Notes under the pieces: model-generated
Database searches by the model: none
The model's input: only the letters and a program-made list of their open reading frames with translations
What the model was told of the DNA's origin: nothing
Part shown: positions 9,498-17,825 of the stretch, one piece after another
Numbering within the stretch: the stretch's first letter is position 1
Layout of the letters: each line of letters begins with the position of its first letter
Position numbers and translations under genes: made by a program
DNA from: PVC group bacterium
GTDB lineage: Bacteria; Auribacterota; Erginobacteria; Erginobacterales; Erginobacteraceae
DNA length: 30,119 nt
Reading direction: 5' to 3'
Assembly: GCA_043804695.1 (NCBI GenBank)
Contig: JAZDIV010000051.1
Location: forward strand, 1-30,119

Positions 9498-10613
9498 CTA
9501 TGCTTCCTCCTCCAGACGGACCGGCATGATGATCGCCACTTTATCCGGGTTGCGCCCGGTAACCTGTACGTGTTGTTTATTATCATTGAGATGCAGGAAT
9601 AACGATGGGTCTTGGAAACCGGAGACGGCGTCACGCAGGTAATTGACGTTGATTCCGATGAGAAGGGAATCTTCCGTAGCCTGGAGTGTTTTTACCGGGA
9701 GCTTGTGACTAAAACGCCCTGTCGCATCGTTCGTCAATTTTAGTTTCAACCGGTTCTTTTCAGGCTCGAACGACATTCTCAGGGTAGTGCTGTGGGGTTC
9801 ATACTCCGACACATACACGCTTGCTTCCTCCAGAGCGGAGAGAAAGTCCGAGCGATTTATTTCAAAGACATACGCGTATTCATTATCCAGAAGCTGATGA
9901 TAGTCCGGATACGTACTATCTTTAATGTTGAGAGGGGTTCCGATCAGAAGCCAGAGACCTTTTTGCGCATAGATTCGGCCGCTCTCCCCGACACCGATCA
10001 TGCCACCGGCCGGATCCAATTTCAAAAGCAGGTTAACGTAGTCCCCGGGTATGATTATATTCGTTTCCGAAAAACCGTGTCCCCTGAGGCAATGGATCCC
10101 TCTCCCATCGGTGGCGGTTACGTCTTCTCCAATAGAGACTCCATTTAATAAGTTCGGTTCTTCGTGATCGAACATGGCGGGCGCCACGAATGCGAGGTCG
10201 TTGACAAGGTTCCGGCTGATCGAGGACCATGTCTCAATCCGTTCGGCCGGGGCATCGGGGTATTCGGCGCCGGAAGTGCCGGGCAGGTAATGTCTTTCCG
10301 CGATACGCAGGAAGAAATCTTCAAGCGACAGCTCCACCGGAAAGTCGGGTTTCTCCGACAAAGAGCGGATGACCGTTTCAAAGACATTCGGCCGGACGCA
10401 GACGCCTTCCCGCCACCCGTCGGCCTTGCCGGGAAGATCCGCCTTCAGCCGGATTACCAGGTCATTCATGAAATCGCTTTTATGAAGCAGAAATTTGTCG
10501 TCACGGACGGATAGGCGGAAAAAGCTCTCATCGGGGAAAAAGCCGGTCCGGTTGTCGAATTTCTCCAGCGCGTTGACGGCTTTTTTCAGCAATGATTTCT
10601 TGACCTTCAGCAT
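9498..10613 (-). CDS. Divergent DNA polymerase III beta sliding clamp (DnaN) paralog
   Basis: ~371 aa with clamp motifs in order: LNGV, TATDGRG, YPDY, INRSDFLSALE, IGINVNYLRDAV and C-terminal IIMPVRL. Start 10613 or 10637. Confidence 0.8.
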   Translation of the reverse strand: MLKVKKSLLKKAVNALEKFDNRTGFFPDESFFRLSVRDDKFLLHKSDFMNDLVIRLKADLPGKADGWREGVCVRPNVFETVIRSLSEKPDFPVELSLEDFFLRIAERHYLPGTSGAEYPDAPAERIETWSSISRNLVNDLAFVAPAMFDHEEPNLLNGVSIGEDVTATDGRGIHCLRGHGFSETNIIIPGDYVNLLLKLDPAGGMIGVGESGRIYAQKGLWLLIGTPLNIKDSTYPDYHQLLDNEYAYVFEINRSDFLSALEEASVYVSEYEPHSTTLRMSFEPEKNRLKLKLTNDATGRFSHKLPVKTLQATEDSLLIGINVNYLRDAVSGFQDPSLFLHLNDNKQHVQVTGRNPDKVAIIMPVRLEEEA

Positions 10614-10662
10614 GTTCCCCCCGGGGCCCAACGGCATGGTGAAAGGATGGCTGAACAGAGCA

Positions 10663-11355
10663 TTATATCGTTGCCTCCGGCATTTTTCCAGAAATATAAC
10701 TATTCAACCGATGGGATTTTTGTCTCTTTTCCCGCTTCATGTGCCATCGGGCCGGATTGCCGGCGATATATTCACGGATTTCGTTCAATTCATGTTCGTC
10801 CCGAATAATATGTTCGTAATAATTCCGTTGCCATAATTTTCCGCTAAACGGTGGCCAATTGTGTTGTTTGACGCCATCGATATATCGTTTCGTTGTCATG
10901 GTCTTGAACCGGTGAACGATATCCGGCAATGATAATCCCGGATGGTCCGTAGGGGCAGGCTCCCGTGCCTGCTCTCCAGGCCCCTCTGCCTGCCCGGGGA
11001 ACGGGCACCCACAGGGGGGTGCCCCTACGGGTGGTCGGCCTGGCGGGCAACCACGGGGGGTTGCCCCTACGATGACGATACCGTGGACATGGTCGGGCAT
11101 GATTTGAAACACATCGATGCCGATACCCAGATAAAATATCGGTAATTCATCCCAGACTGTCCGGATCATACCCCCCGCGTCATTCAGTACCATTCTTCCA
11201 TCAATAATTTTCCCAAACAAATGTGCTCCGTTCTTTACACAGGTCGTGACATAATACGCCCCCTTCCGGGAATAATCGTATCCGCGCAAACGGATGGATC
11301 GGCGATTGTGGGAAATGCCATGGGAAAATTTCACATTCATTATATTGTTCGTCAT
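10663..11355 (-). mobile_element. REP-associated tyrosine transposase (RAYT, IS200/IS605 Y1 HUH family)
   Basis: RRSIRL.GYDYS..GAYYVT.C, HUH motif MPDHVHGI, WQRNYYEHIIR and catalytic Tyr in EYIAGNP. Confidence 0.93.
10949..11070. repeat. Three GTAG-type REP palindromes inside the RAYT ORF
   Basis: GTAGGGGC-palindrome units at 10949-10974 (+), 11003-11028 (-) and 11045-11070 (-). Confidence 0.88.
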
Positions 11356-11377
11356 GGGGCGAATTCTGGACCCCGGC

Positions 11378-11444
11378 GGTAAACCACGTGGGGTTGCCCC
11401 TACGGGTGGTCGGCCTTGCGGGCACCCACGGGGGGTGCCCCTAC
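11378..11444 (-). repeat. REP doublet upstream of RAYT
   Basis: Units at 11378-11403 and 11420-11444, both ending GCCCCTAC. The linker GGGTGGTCGGCCTTGC is nearly identical to 11029-11044. Confidence 0.88.
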
Positions 11445-11505
11445 GGTTGTTTATATATTAGTCGTTAATGGAGGGGAGTTTATTCCCAAATTTCTTTAAT
11501 CCGGG

Positions 11506-11534
11506 TTGACAATAAACAGCCTTTCCGCTACAAG
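11506..11534 (+). promoter_or_regulatory. Possible sigma70 promoter for trpR-like gene
   Basis: TTGACA-N17-TACAAG; the -10 box is imperfect. Confidence 0.45.
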
Positions 11535-11559
11535 TGTTTCTCTTCATAGAATCGTGGCC

Positions 11560-11826
11560 ATGGATTCGATTAAAGAAATTTCACGGAAGCTGTCGAAAAT
11601 AGAAGATCCGGAGCTTCTCGAGGGGTTCTTACGGGAGATTTTAACCCCGAAAGAAGTCAAGGACATTTCATCCCGCTGGGAGCTGGTTAAGCTGCTGGAG
11701 GAGGGAGTCAGTCAGCGGGAGATATCCCGCCGTCTGGGCCTGAGTCTCTGCAAGATCACCCGGGGCGCCCGGGAGTTAAAGAAGCCGGACTCGGCCCTGC
11801 GGAGAGTGATTGGAGAAAACCGCTAA
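11560..11826 (+). CDS. trpR: Trp repressor family protein (TrpR/YerC-YecD)
   Basis: FL.EILTPKE...ISSRW..VKLL..GVSQREIS..LGLSLCKITRG HTH; lies directly upstream of trpB2. ATG at 11560. Confidence 0.88.
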   Translation: MDSIKEISRKLSKIEDPELLEGFLREILTPKEVKDISSRWELVKLLEEGVSQREISRRLGLSLCKITRGARELKKPDSALRRVIGENR

Positions 11827-11870
11827 TCTCGCGAATCTTCACTGGGTTATGTCAAAACTAAATATGTGCG

Positions 11871-11998
11871 GATCAGGAAATCAGAGGACCAGAGGGAAGA
11901 GGATCAGAATATCAGGGGATCAGGCAGGGGAGCCGGACTCTCCTGGTAACCGGATATCCTGGTATTCTTCCCACTGATAAACTGATAACCTGATATTC
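11871..11998. repeat. Octamer tandem-repeat palindrome
   Basis: (ATCAG)-periodic left arm at 11871-11925 and a complementary (CTGAT) right arm at 11942-11998. Confidence 0.8.
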
Positions 11999-12067
11999 AA
12001 GTGGATAATCAGCCCGTCCATCTAATCTCCGGGCTTTGTAAAAAAGCTCTATTATAGGAGGTCTGTC

Positions 12068-13456
12068 ATGACCTTACGAGTCCTGTTGAATGAAGACGAG
12101 ATCCCGCGGCAGTGGTACAACCTGGCCGCCGATCTCCCCACGCCGCTCCAGCCGCCCCTGGGGCCGGACGGCAACCCCGTCACCCCCGACATGCTGGCCC
12201 CGGTCTTCCCGATGAACCTGATCGAGCAGGAGGTCAGCCGGGAGCGGTGGATCGACATCCCGGAAGGCATCCTCGAGATTCTCTACCGCTGGCGCCCGTC
12301 GCCGCTGCAGCGGGCAAAGTATCTGGAGGAAGCCCTCGGGACCCCGGCCCGGATTTATTACAAGAACGAAAGCCTGTCGCCGGCGGGGAGCCACAAGCCG
12401 AACACCGCGGTAGCCCAGGCCTGGTACAACAAGGAGTTCGGGATCGAGGCGCTCACCACCGAGACCGGCGCCGGCCAGTGGGGGAGCGCGCTCGCCTTCG
12501 CCTGCGCCATTTTGGGCCTGAAGTGCAAGGTCTTCATGGTGCGGATCAGCTTCGACCAGAAACCCTACCGGAAGGTGATGATGCAGACCTGGGGGGCGGA
12601 GTGCGTCGCCAGTCCCAGTACCGAGACCCAGGCCGGGCGGAACATCCTGGCCAGGCACCCCCACACCCCGGGGAGCCTCGGCATCGCCATCAGCGAGGCG
12701 ATCGAGGCGGCGGTGACCGACCAGACCGGCAAGACCCGTTACTCCCTGGGAAGCGTGTTGAACCATGTTCTCCTCCATCAGACCATCATCGGCCTGGAAG
12801 CGAAGAAACAGCTCAAAAAAATCGGTGAGAAGAAGGTCGATATCGTTATCGGCTGCGCGGGCGGCGGCAGCAACTTTGCCGGTCTCTCGTTCCCCTTCGT
12901 CGCTGACAAGATCAACGGGGCCGATATCGAGATCATCCCGGTGGAGCCCTATTCCTGTCCTACGATGACCGCCGCCCCCTTTGTTTACGATCACGGCGAC
13001 ACCGCGAAGATGACGCCCCTCCTGCCGATGTACTCTCTCGGTCACGATTTTATCCCGCCGCCGATTCATGCCGGAGGGCTCAGGTATCACGGCATGGCCC
13101 CGCTGGTCAGCCAGGCAATCGTCGAGGGTCTGCTCGCCCCCCGGGCCATCCATCAGCTGGAGTGTTATGAGTCGGCGATCCTCTTCGCCCGGACGGAGGG
13201 CATCATCATCGCCCCCGAGACCAGCCACGCGGTGGCGGCGGTGATCCAGGAGGCGAAGAAGGCGAAAGAGGAGGGGAAGGAGAAAGTCATCCTCTTCAAT
13301 TTGAGCGGACACGGGCTGATGGACCTTCTGGGCTACCAGAAATACTTCGACGAGGAACTTTTCGACTACGCCCTGCCCGAGGAGGATATCCACAAGTCGC
13401 TGGAGGCGTTGAAAGGGTTGCCGAAACCGTCCACGGCCAAGACCGGCAAATGGTAG
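12068..13456 (+). CDS. trpB2: Tryptophan synthase beta chain, TrpB2 type
   Basis: [15 protein letters not shown] (PLP lysine), [49 protein letters not shown]. Confidence 0.96.
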   Translation: MTLRVLLNEDEIPRQWYNLAADLPTPLQPPLGPDGNPVTPDMLAPVFPMNLIEQEVSRERWIDIPEGILEILYRWRPSPLQRAKYLEEALGTPARIYYKNESLSPAGSHKPNTAVAQAWYNKEFGIEALTTETGAGQWGSALAFACAILGLKCKVFMVRISFDQKPYRKVMMQTWGAECVASPSTETQAGRNILARHPHTPGSLGIAISEAIEAAVTDQTGKTRYSLGSVLNHVLLHQTIIGLEAKKQLKKIGEKKVDIVIGCAGGGSNFAGLSFPFVADKINGADIEIIPVEPYSCPTMTAAPFVYDHGDTAKMTPLLPMYSLGHDFIPPPIHAGGLRYHGMAPLVSQAIVEGLLAPRAIHQLECYESAILFARTEGIIIAPETSHAVAAVIQEAKKAKEEGKEKVILFNLSGHGLMDLLGYQKYFDEELFDYALPEEDIHKSLEALKGLPKPSTAKTGKW

Positions 13457-13465
13457 GGAGAAAAT

Positions 13466-13537
13466 AGTAAGCGGTAAGCGGTAAGCGGTTGGTGGTCAGC
13501 GGGCGCGATGGCGACTGCTTACTGCTCACTGCTTACC
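13466..13537. repeat. Heptamer tandem-repeat palindrome after trpB2
   Basis: (GGTAAGC)n left arm at 13466-13500 and (GCTTACT)n right arm at 13511-13537. Confidence 0.8.
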
Positions 13538-13584
13538 CCTCCGACTTCAAACTACTGGTGCTCTTAGACGAATGACGCTAAAGG

Positions 13585-13842
13585 ATGGATGAGCAATATG
13601 ACAGCGAGGAGATCTACTGCCGTCGGCTGGGGCATTACCTGACCTTCCGGTACTGCCGGTCGGAAAAGGGAGAACTCCCCTGCCCGAAGATACTTGACTG
13701 CTGGTGTGACCGGCTTCCCATCGGGGAGTTTCTCCATGATAATTACACGGAAGACGAGATTGCGGCGATCACGGCACCTGCCCGGCCCAAGATGGCGACA
13801 CTGATCGAGCTGATCGAGCGGGCGAAGAAGAGGGGGGGATAA
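13585..13842 (+). CDS. Small Cys/His-rich hypothetical protein
   Basis: 85 aa, YCRRLGH...YC...PC..I.DCW; co-oriented with trpB2. Confidence 0.8.
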   Translation: MDEQYDSEEIYCRRLGHYLTFRYCRSEKGELPCPKILDCWCDRLPIGEFLHDNYTEDEIAAITAPARPKMATLIELIERAKKRGG

Positions 13843-13846
13843 CGGT

Positions 13847-13917
13847 GGCGAATACAAGATTCGCCCCTACGGTAGGGTAATAAAATCCGAATGTAGGGGC
13901 GATCCTTGTGATCGCCC
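13847..13917. repeat. Inverted GTAG REP pair
   Basis: GGCGAATACAAGATTCGCCCCTAC (13847-13870, -) and GTAGGGGCGATCCTTGTGATCGCCC (13893-13917, +). Confidence 0.85.
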
Positions 13918-13947
13918 ACATGATTGGCGCCGGAGATTATTGTTGAA

Positions 13948-14181
13948 ATGAAAAGGACGATATTATTATCCGGAAACGAAGCGGTCGCCCGGGGAGCCTG
14001 GGAAGCGGGCGTGATTCTGGGGACCGGCTATCCGGGAACCCCGTCCTCGGAGATCCTGGAGAACCTGAACCGGTCGCCGCCCTTGGAGCGCCGGGCTTTA
14101 GACCTGTCAGGCCGGAGCAGGATCGGAATTATAAAGAACGGTAACGGTCAGGGTAACCCAGGCCGGTTGCGAACGAAGTGA
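13948..14181 (+). pseudogene. iorA: N-terminal fragment of indolepyruvate ferredoxin oxidoreductase alpha subunit
   Basis: [33 protein letters not shown], then loss of similarity and a stop at 77 aa (full IorA is ~600 aa). Confidence 0.85.
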
Positions 14182-14205
14182 GCTAATCATATAAGGAGGC
14201 AGGAT

Positions 14206-15114
14206 ATGAAAAAAGTGTTGGTGAGCGTGGTCCTGGTTGCCGGGCTGGTTATCCCCGCGTGTATTCTCGGGGGGCAGTCATCGGCGATCCTGGGGACCGA
14301 GGACTATTTTGTCGGGGCGCTTCCGCCCCCCGGGTTCCATTTCATCAATTACCTGGCCTACTACTACTCCGATGAGCTGAAAGATTATAACGGAGACAAG
14401 GCCCCGGTGGACTTCAAGGCCAACGTCGCGGCCGAGGTTCTCCGGGGGATATATGTCTCCGACATCGAAATCCTGGGAGCGAACCTGGGCTGGCACGTGG
14501 TGGTCCCCCTGGTTTACAAGGACATGGAGATCAAGGGGGTGTTCGACCAGTCCCGGGCCAGTCTGGGCGACATCTATGTCTCGCCGTTCCTGCTCGGCTG
14601 GCACTCGGAGATATTTCACTGCGTGGCCGGCCTCGACATCATCGCCCCCTCCGGCCAGTACAACAAGGACTACCCGGTCAATATCGGGAACAATCACTGG
14701 ACTTTCGAGCCGGCGGTGGCCGTTTCCCTGATCCTTCCCGAGGGGCTGAGCGTGGACGTCAAGCTGATGTATGACATCCACACCAAGAACACCGACTGGA
14801 TCAATCCAGCCACCGGGATAGAAGATGATTATTTAACCGGCCAGCAGTTCCACCTCGACTATAACGCCGGTTATATGATTGTGGACAACTTTCGGCTCGG
14901 TGTCTGCGGTTATTACCTGATTGGCCTTCAGGACGACAAACTGGATGGCAGCAAGGTCCCGGACTCGGAAGAGCAGGTCCTGGCGGTCGGCCCCTCCGCC
15001 ATGTACAGCGTCAGCAAACAGCTCCACCTGGTGGCCAAGGTCCAGTTTGAGACACTGTCCGAGAACCGGCCCGAGGGGATCATGAGCTGGCTGAAGCTGA
15101 TCTACAGCTTTTAA
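14206..15114 (+). CDS. SphA / phenol MetA-degradation family outer-membrane beta-barrel channel
   Basis: Signal peptide, GALPPPG, LGDIYV.P..LGWH, AP.GQY...N.G.N.W, C-terminal Phe; RBS AAGGAGG. Confidence 0.85.
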   Translation: MKKVLVSVVLVAGLVIPACILGGQSSAILGTEDYFVGALPPPGFHFINYLAYYYSDELKDYNGDKAPVDFKANVAAEVLRGIYVSDIEILGANLGWHVVVPLVYKDMEIKGVFDQSRASLGDIYVSPFLLGWHSEIFHCVAGLDIIAPSGQYNKDYPVNIGNNHWTFEPAVAVSLILPEGLSVDVKLMYDIHTKNTDWINPATGIEDDYLTGQQFHLDYNAGYMIVDNFRLGVCGYYLIGLQDDKLDGSKVPDSEEQVLAVGPSAMYSVSKQLHLVAKVQFETLSENRPEGIMSWLKLIYSF

Positions 15115-15141
15115 AAACAGCGGCTTTGCCGCTGTTTTTAA
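15111..15141. terminator. Bidirectional intrinsic terminator
   Basis: Perfect TTAAAAACAGCGGC-TTT-GCCGCTGTTTTTAA hairpin overlapping the stop codon. Confidence 0.85.
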
Positions 15142-15290
15142 GCGAGAGTATTCAGTCATACCCGCCACGGATTATTGATAATTGCGGGATGATGCGGTAC
15201 CCCGCTGTTCACGACAAAACGGTAGTATCCACGCGTTGTCGAATATTTTAGACACCGGCCCGCTCATCCTCTGCAGGATGAAAACAGAGG

Positions 15291-15320
15291 AGCCCCCCCG
15301 ATGGTATCGGGGGGGCTTTC
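15291..15320 (+). terminator. GC-rich hairpin, probable terminator
   Basis: AGCCCCCCCGAT-GGT-ATCGGGGGGGCT followed by a pyrimidine-rich tract. Confidence 0.55.
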
Positions 15321-15344
15321 CTCTTTCAGGAGTTTCCTTTTCTA

Positions 15345-15373
15345 TTGACACGGGGGGGGCTTTTCTCTATTCT
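15345..15373 (+). promoter_or_regulatory. Sigma70 promoter for transcarbamylase gene
   Basis: TTGACA (15345-15350)-N17-TATTCT (15368-15373). Confidence 0.7.
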
Positions 15374-15379
15374 CCACCC

Positions 15380-15435
15380 CTTTTTTCGGCATGCGGGTAA
15401 GCGGGAAATCCCGCTTACCCGCATGCCGAAAAAAG
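15380..15435. repeat. Perfect 27-bp inverted repeat
   Basis: CTTTTTTCGGCATGCGGGTAAGCGGGA-AA-TCCCGCTTACCCGCATGCCGAAAAAAG. Confidence 0.95.
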
Positions 15436-15493
15436 AAAAATTAACTAAATGAGCGCCGCAGGCGCTAATTTAAAAAGGAGGAACAGAGTACGG

Positions 15494-16573
15494 ATGAAGA
15501 CCAATAATTTCCTGGGACGGGACTGGATTGATGCCGAACTGGACTACACCAGGGAGGAATGGGAGACCATGATCGATATCGCCCTGGAGCTGAAGCGCCG
15601 CTTCGCGCTCCGGGAGGACACGTCGCACCTGCTCAAGGGCCGGACGCTCTTCAGCATGTTCTTCAACCAGTCGCTCCGGACGCGCTCCACTTTTGCCGCC
15701 GGCATTATGCAGCTGGGCGGGAATTATCTCGAACTGGAGCCGGGCAAGACATACACCCCGGCCCGGAAGGGATTTGACATCCCCTACAAGACCGAGCGGA
15801 TCAAGGATGTCGCCGAGATGCTCGACCGGGTCGGCGACGCCATCTCGATCCGGATGTACGGCCCGCCGGCCGGGTGGAACTACGGTTTCGCCAACGCCAC
15901 CATGAAGGAGTTCGCCGAGTACGCCTCCATCCCGATCATCAACATGGAGTGCGACAAGTACCATCCCTGCCAGGCCCTGGCCGATATGATCACCATCAAG
16001 GAAAAGTTCGGATCCTTCAAGGGGCTCAACCTGACGATGTCCTTCGCGTATTCCGGCTCGATCGAGAAGCCGCGCGCGGTCCCGCAGAGCGTCATTCTGG
16101 CCGGCACGCTGATGGGGATGAACGTCACCCTGGCCCACCCGGAGGGGTACGATCTCGATCCCGAGGTCATCAAGCAGTGCCAGAAGAACGCGCAGGAGCA
16201 GGAAGGCTCGTTCCGGATCGTCAATGATTTCGACGAGGGGTTCAAAGACGCTCACGTCGTTTACCCGAAGGCCTGGGGAGCGTACACCTGCTTCAACTAC
16301 TTTGATCCCAAGACGGGCAAGAAGATCAAGGATCAGGATCACAAGGAGGCGACTCGCGTCAACGAGCTGGCCCAGGGGTGGATGACGACCCGGAAGCAGA
16401 TGGACCTGGTCGACCATAAGGGCATCTACATGCACTGTCTTCCCGCCGACCGCGGCCAGGAAGTCACCGATGAGGTCATCGACGGTCCCCGCTCGGTGGT
16501 GATCGATGAGGCCGAAAACCGCCTCCACGCCCACAAGGCGATCATGGCCCTGATCATGGGCGGCCGGTTATAA
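15494..16573 (+). CDS. Transcarbamylase of the OTCase superfamily (knotted AOTCase/YgeW-like), substrate uncertain
   Basis: FFNQSLRT, HPCQALAD, HCLPADRG, EAENRLH. AAGGAGG precedes the ATG at 15494. Confidence 0.92.
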   Translation: MKTNNFLGRDWIDAELDYTREEWETMIDIALELKRRFALREDTSHLLKGRTLFSMFFNQSLRTRSTFAAGIMQLGGNYLELEPGKTYTPARKGFDIPYKTERIKDVAEMLDRVGDAISIRMYGPPAGWNYGFANATMKEFAEYASIPIINMECDKYHPCQALADMITIKEKFGSFKGLNLTMSFAYSGSIEKPRAVPQSVILAGTLMGMNVTLAHPEGYDLDPEVIKQCQKNAQEQEGSFRIVNDFDEGFKDAHVVYPKAWGAYTCFNYFDPKTGKKIKDQDHKEATRVNELAQGWMTTRKQMDLVDHKGIYMHCLPADRGQEVTDEVIDGPRSVVIDEAENRLHAHKAIMALIMGGRL

Positions 16574-16592
16574 ACCGCAGATGATGCGGATT

Positions 16593-16633
16593 AAAAAGGG
16601 ACCGTGGTCCTTGCGGACTCCGGTCCCTTTTTT
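16593..16633 (+). terminator. Intrinsic terminator
   Basis: AAAAAGGGACCG...CGGTCCCTTTTTT. Confidence 0.8.
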
Positions 16634-16763
16634 AATGTTTGAGGATAGCTCGAATGCCGTCACCGATATGGCTGATGACCTGTGCCGAACCGGATAATAT
16701 TTCTTAGATATCTTTTCCCAATTCCGGTACAATACGGTACAATACCGGAGGAAAAATTTTATT

Positions 16764-17714
16764 ATGAAGAGAGCGCTGGTTACAGGAGGGGCGGGTTTCC
16801 TCGGTTCCCATCTCTGCGAATTTCTGCTCGATCGAGATTTTCAGGTGGTCGGCATGGATAACCTGATCACCGGCTCGGTCCAGAATATTGAGCACCTGGC
16901 GGGGATTGAGAATTTCACGTTCATCAAGCAGGATGTCACCGAGTACATCTACCTCCCCGGGCCGCTCGATTACATCTTCCATTTTGCCTCCCCCGCCAGC
17001 CCGATCGATTACCTGGAACTGCCCATCCAGACTCTCAAGGTCGGCTCCCTGGGGACTCACAAGACGCTCGGCCTGGCCAAGGCCAAGAAGGCGACTTTTC
17101 TTCTGGCCTCCACCTCGGAAGTTTACGGGGACCCGCTGGTCCATCCCCAGAAGGAAGATTACTGGGGGAACGTCAACCCGATCGGACCCCGGGGGGTGTA
17201 TGATGAGGCCAAGCGGTTTGCCGAGGCGCTGACCATGGCCTATCACCGGTTTCACGGAGTTGATACCAGGATCGTGCGGATCTTTAACACCTTCGGGCCC
17301 CGGATGAGAGCCCGCGACGGGCGGGTCGTCCCGGCGTTTATCTGCCAGGCGCTGGCCGGAGAGCCGCTGACCGTCTTTGGAGACGGCTCGCAGACCAGGA
17401 GCTTCTGCTTCGTCTCCGATCTGATCGACGGCATCTTCCGGCTGGCTTCGTCTTCGGAAACCGGTCCGGTTAACATCGGCAACCCGCGCGAGATGACGGT
17501 CGGCCGGTTCGCCGAACTGATCATCCGCCTGACCGGCAGCTCCAGCCGGATCGAGTATCGCCCCCTCCCGGTTGACGACCCCAAGATCCGCCAGCCGAAC
17601 ATTGCCAAGGCGAAAAGAGTCCTGGGCTGGGAGCCCCGGGTGGAACTGGAGGAGGGATTGAGACAGACCATCGACTGGTTCCGCATTAAATTAGCGCCGG
17701 CGGCGTTAATTTAA
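16764..17714 (+). CDS. UDP-glucuronate decarboxylase family (extended SDR)
   Basis: [47 protein letters not shown]. Confidence 0.94.
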   Translation: MKRALVTGGAGFLGSHLCEFLLDRDFQVVGMDNLITGSVQNIEHLAGIENFTFIKQDVTEYIYLPGPLDYIFHFASPASPIDYLELPIQTLKVGSLGTHKTLGLAKAKKATFLLASTSEVYGDPLVHPQKEDYWGNVNPIGPRGVYDEAKRFAEALTMAYHRFHGVDTRIVRIFNTFGPRMRARDGRVVPAFICQALAGEPLTVFGDGSQTRSFCFVSDLIDGIFRLASSSETGPVNIGNPREMTVGRFAELIIRLTGSSSRIEYRPLPVDDPKIRQPNIAKAKRVLGWEPRVELEEGLRQTIDWFRIKLAPAALI

Positions 17715-17825
17715 ATAATCACATCTCGCTGAAATAAAAATATAGTGAGAACGATTTGAGAATTAGTTTAAGTCCAACACTTCACGCCAAAACGTTAATT
17801 CCAAAAAATTTATAGAGGGAGGAAT

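Noticed and set aside
9498..10637. Calling this the housekeeping dnaN or an oriC region
   Set aside because: No dnaA, recF or gyrB nearby, no DnaA-box cluster seen, and the sequence is strongly divergent.
10663..11444. IS200/IS605 element with TnpB, or a CRISPR-associated transposon
   Set aside because: No tnpB or tnsABC/tniQ; the Y1 protein has RAYT motifs and REPs, and cas3 is intact.
11826..12067. TrpR operator or trp attenuator leader peptide
   Set aside because: No CTAG-type operator palindrome and no Trp-codon-rich leader ORF recognised.
12074..13393. 439-aa antisense ORF over trpB2
   Set aside because: Shadow ORF from high-GC codon bias opposite a clearly conserved gene.
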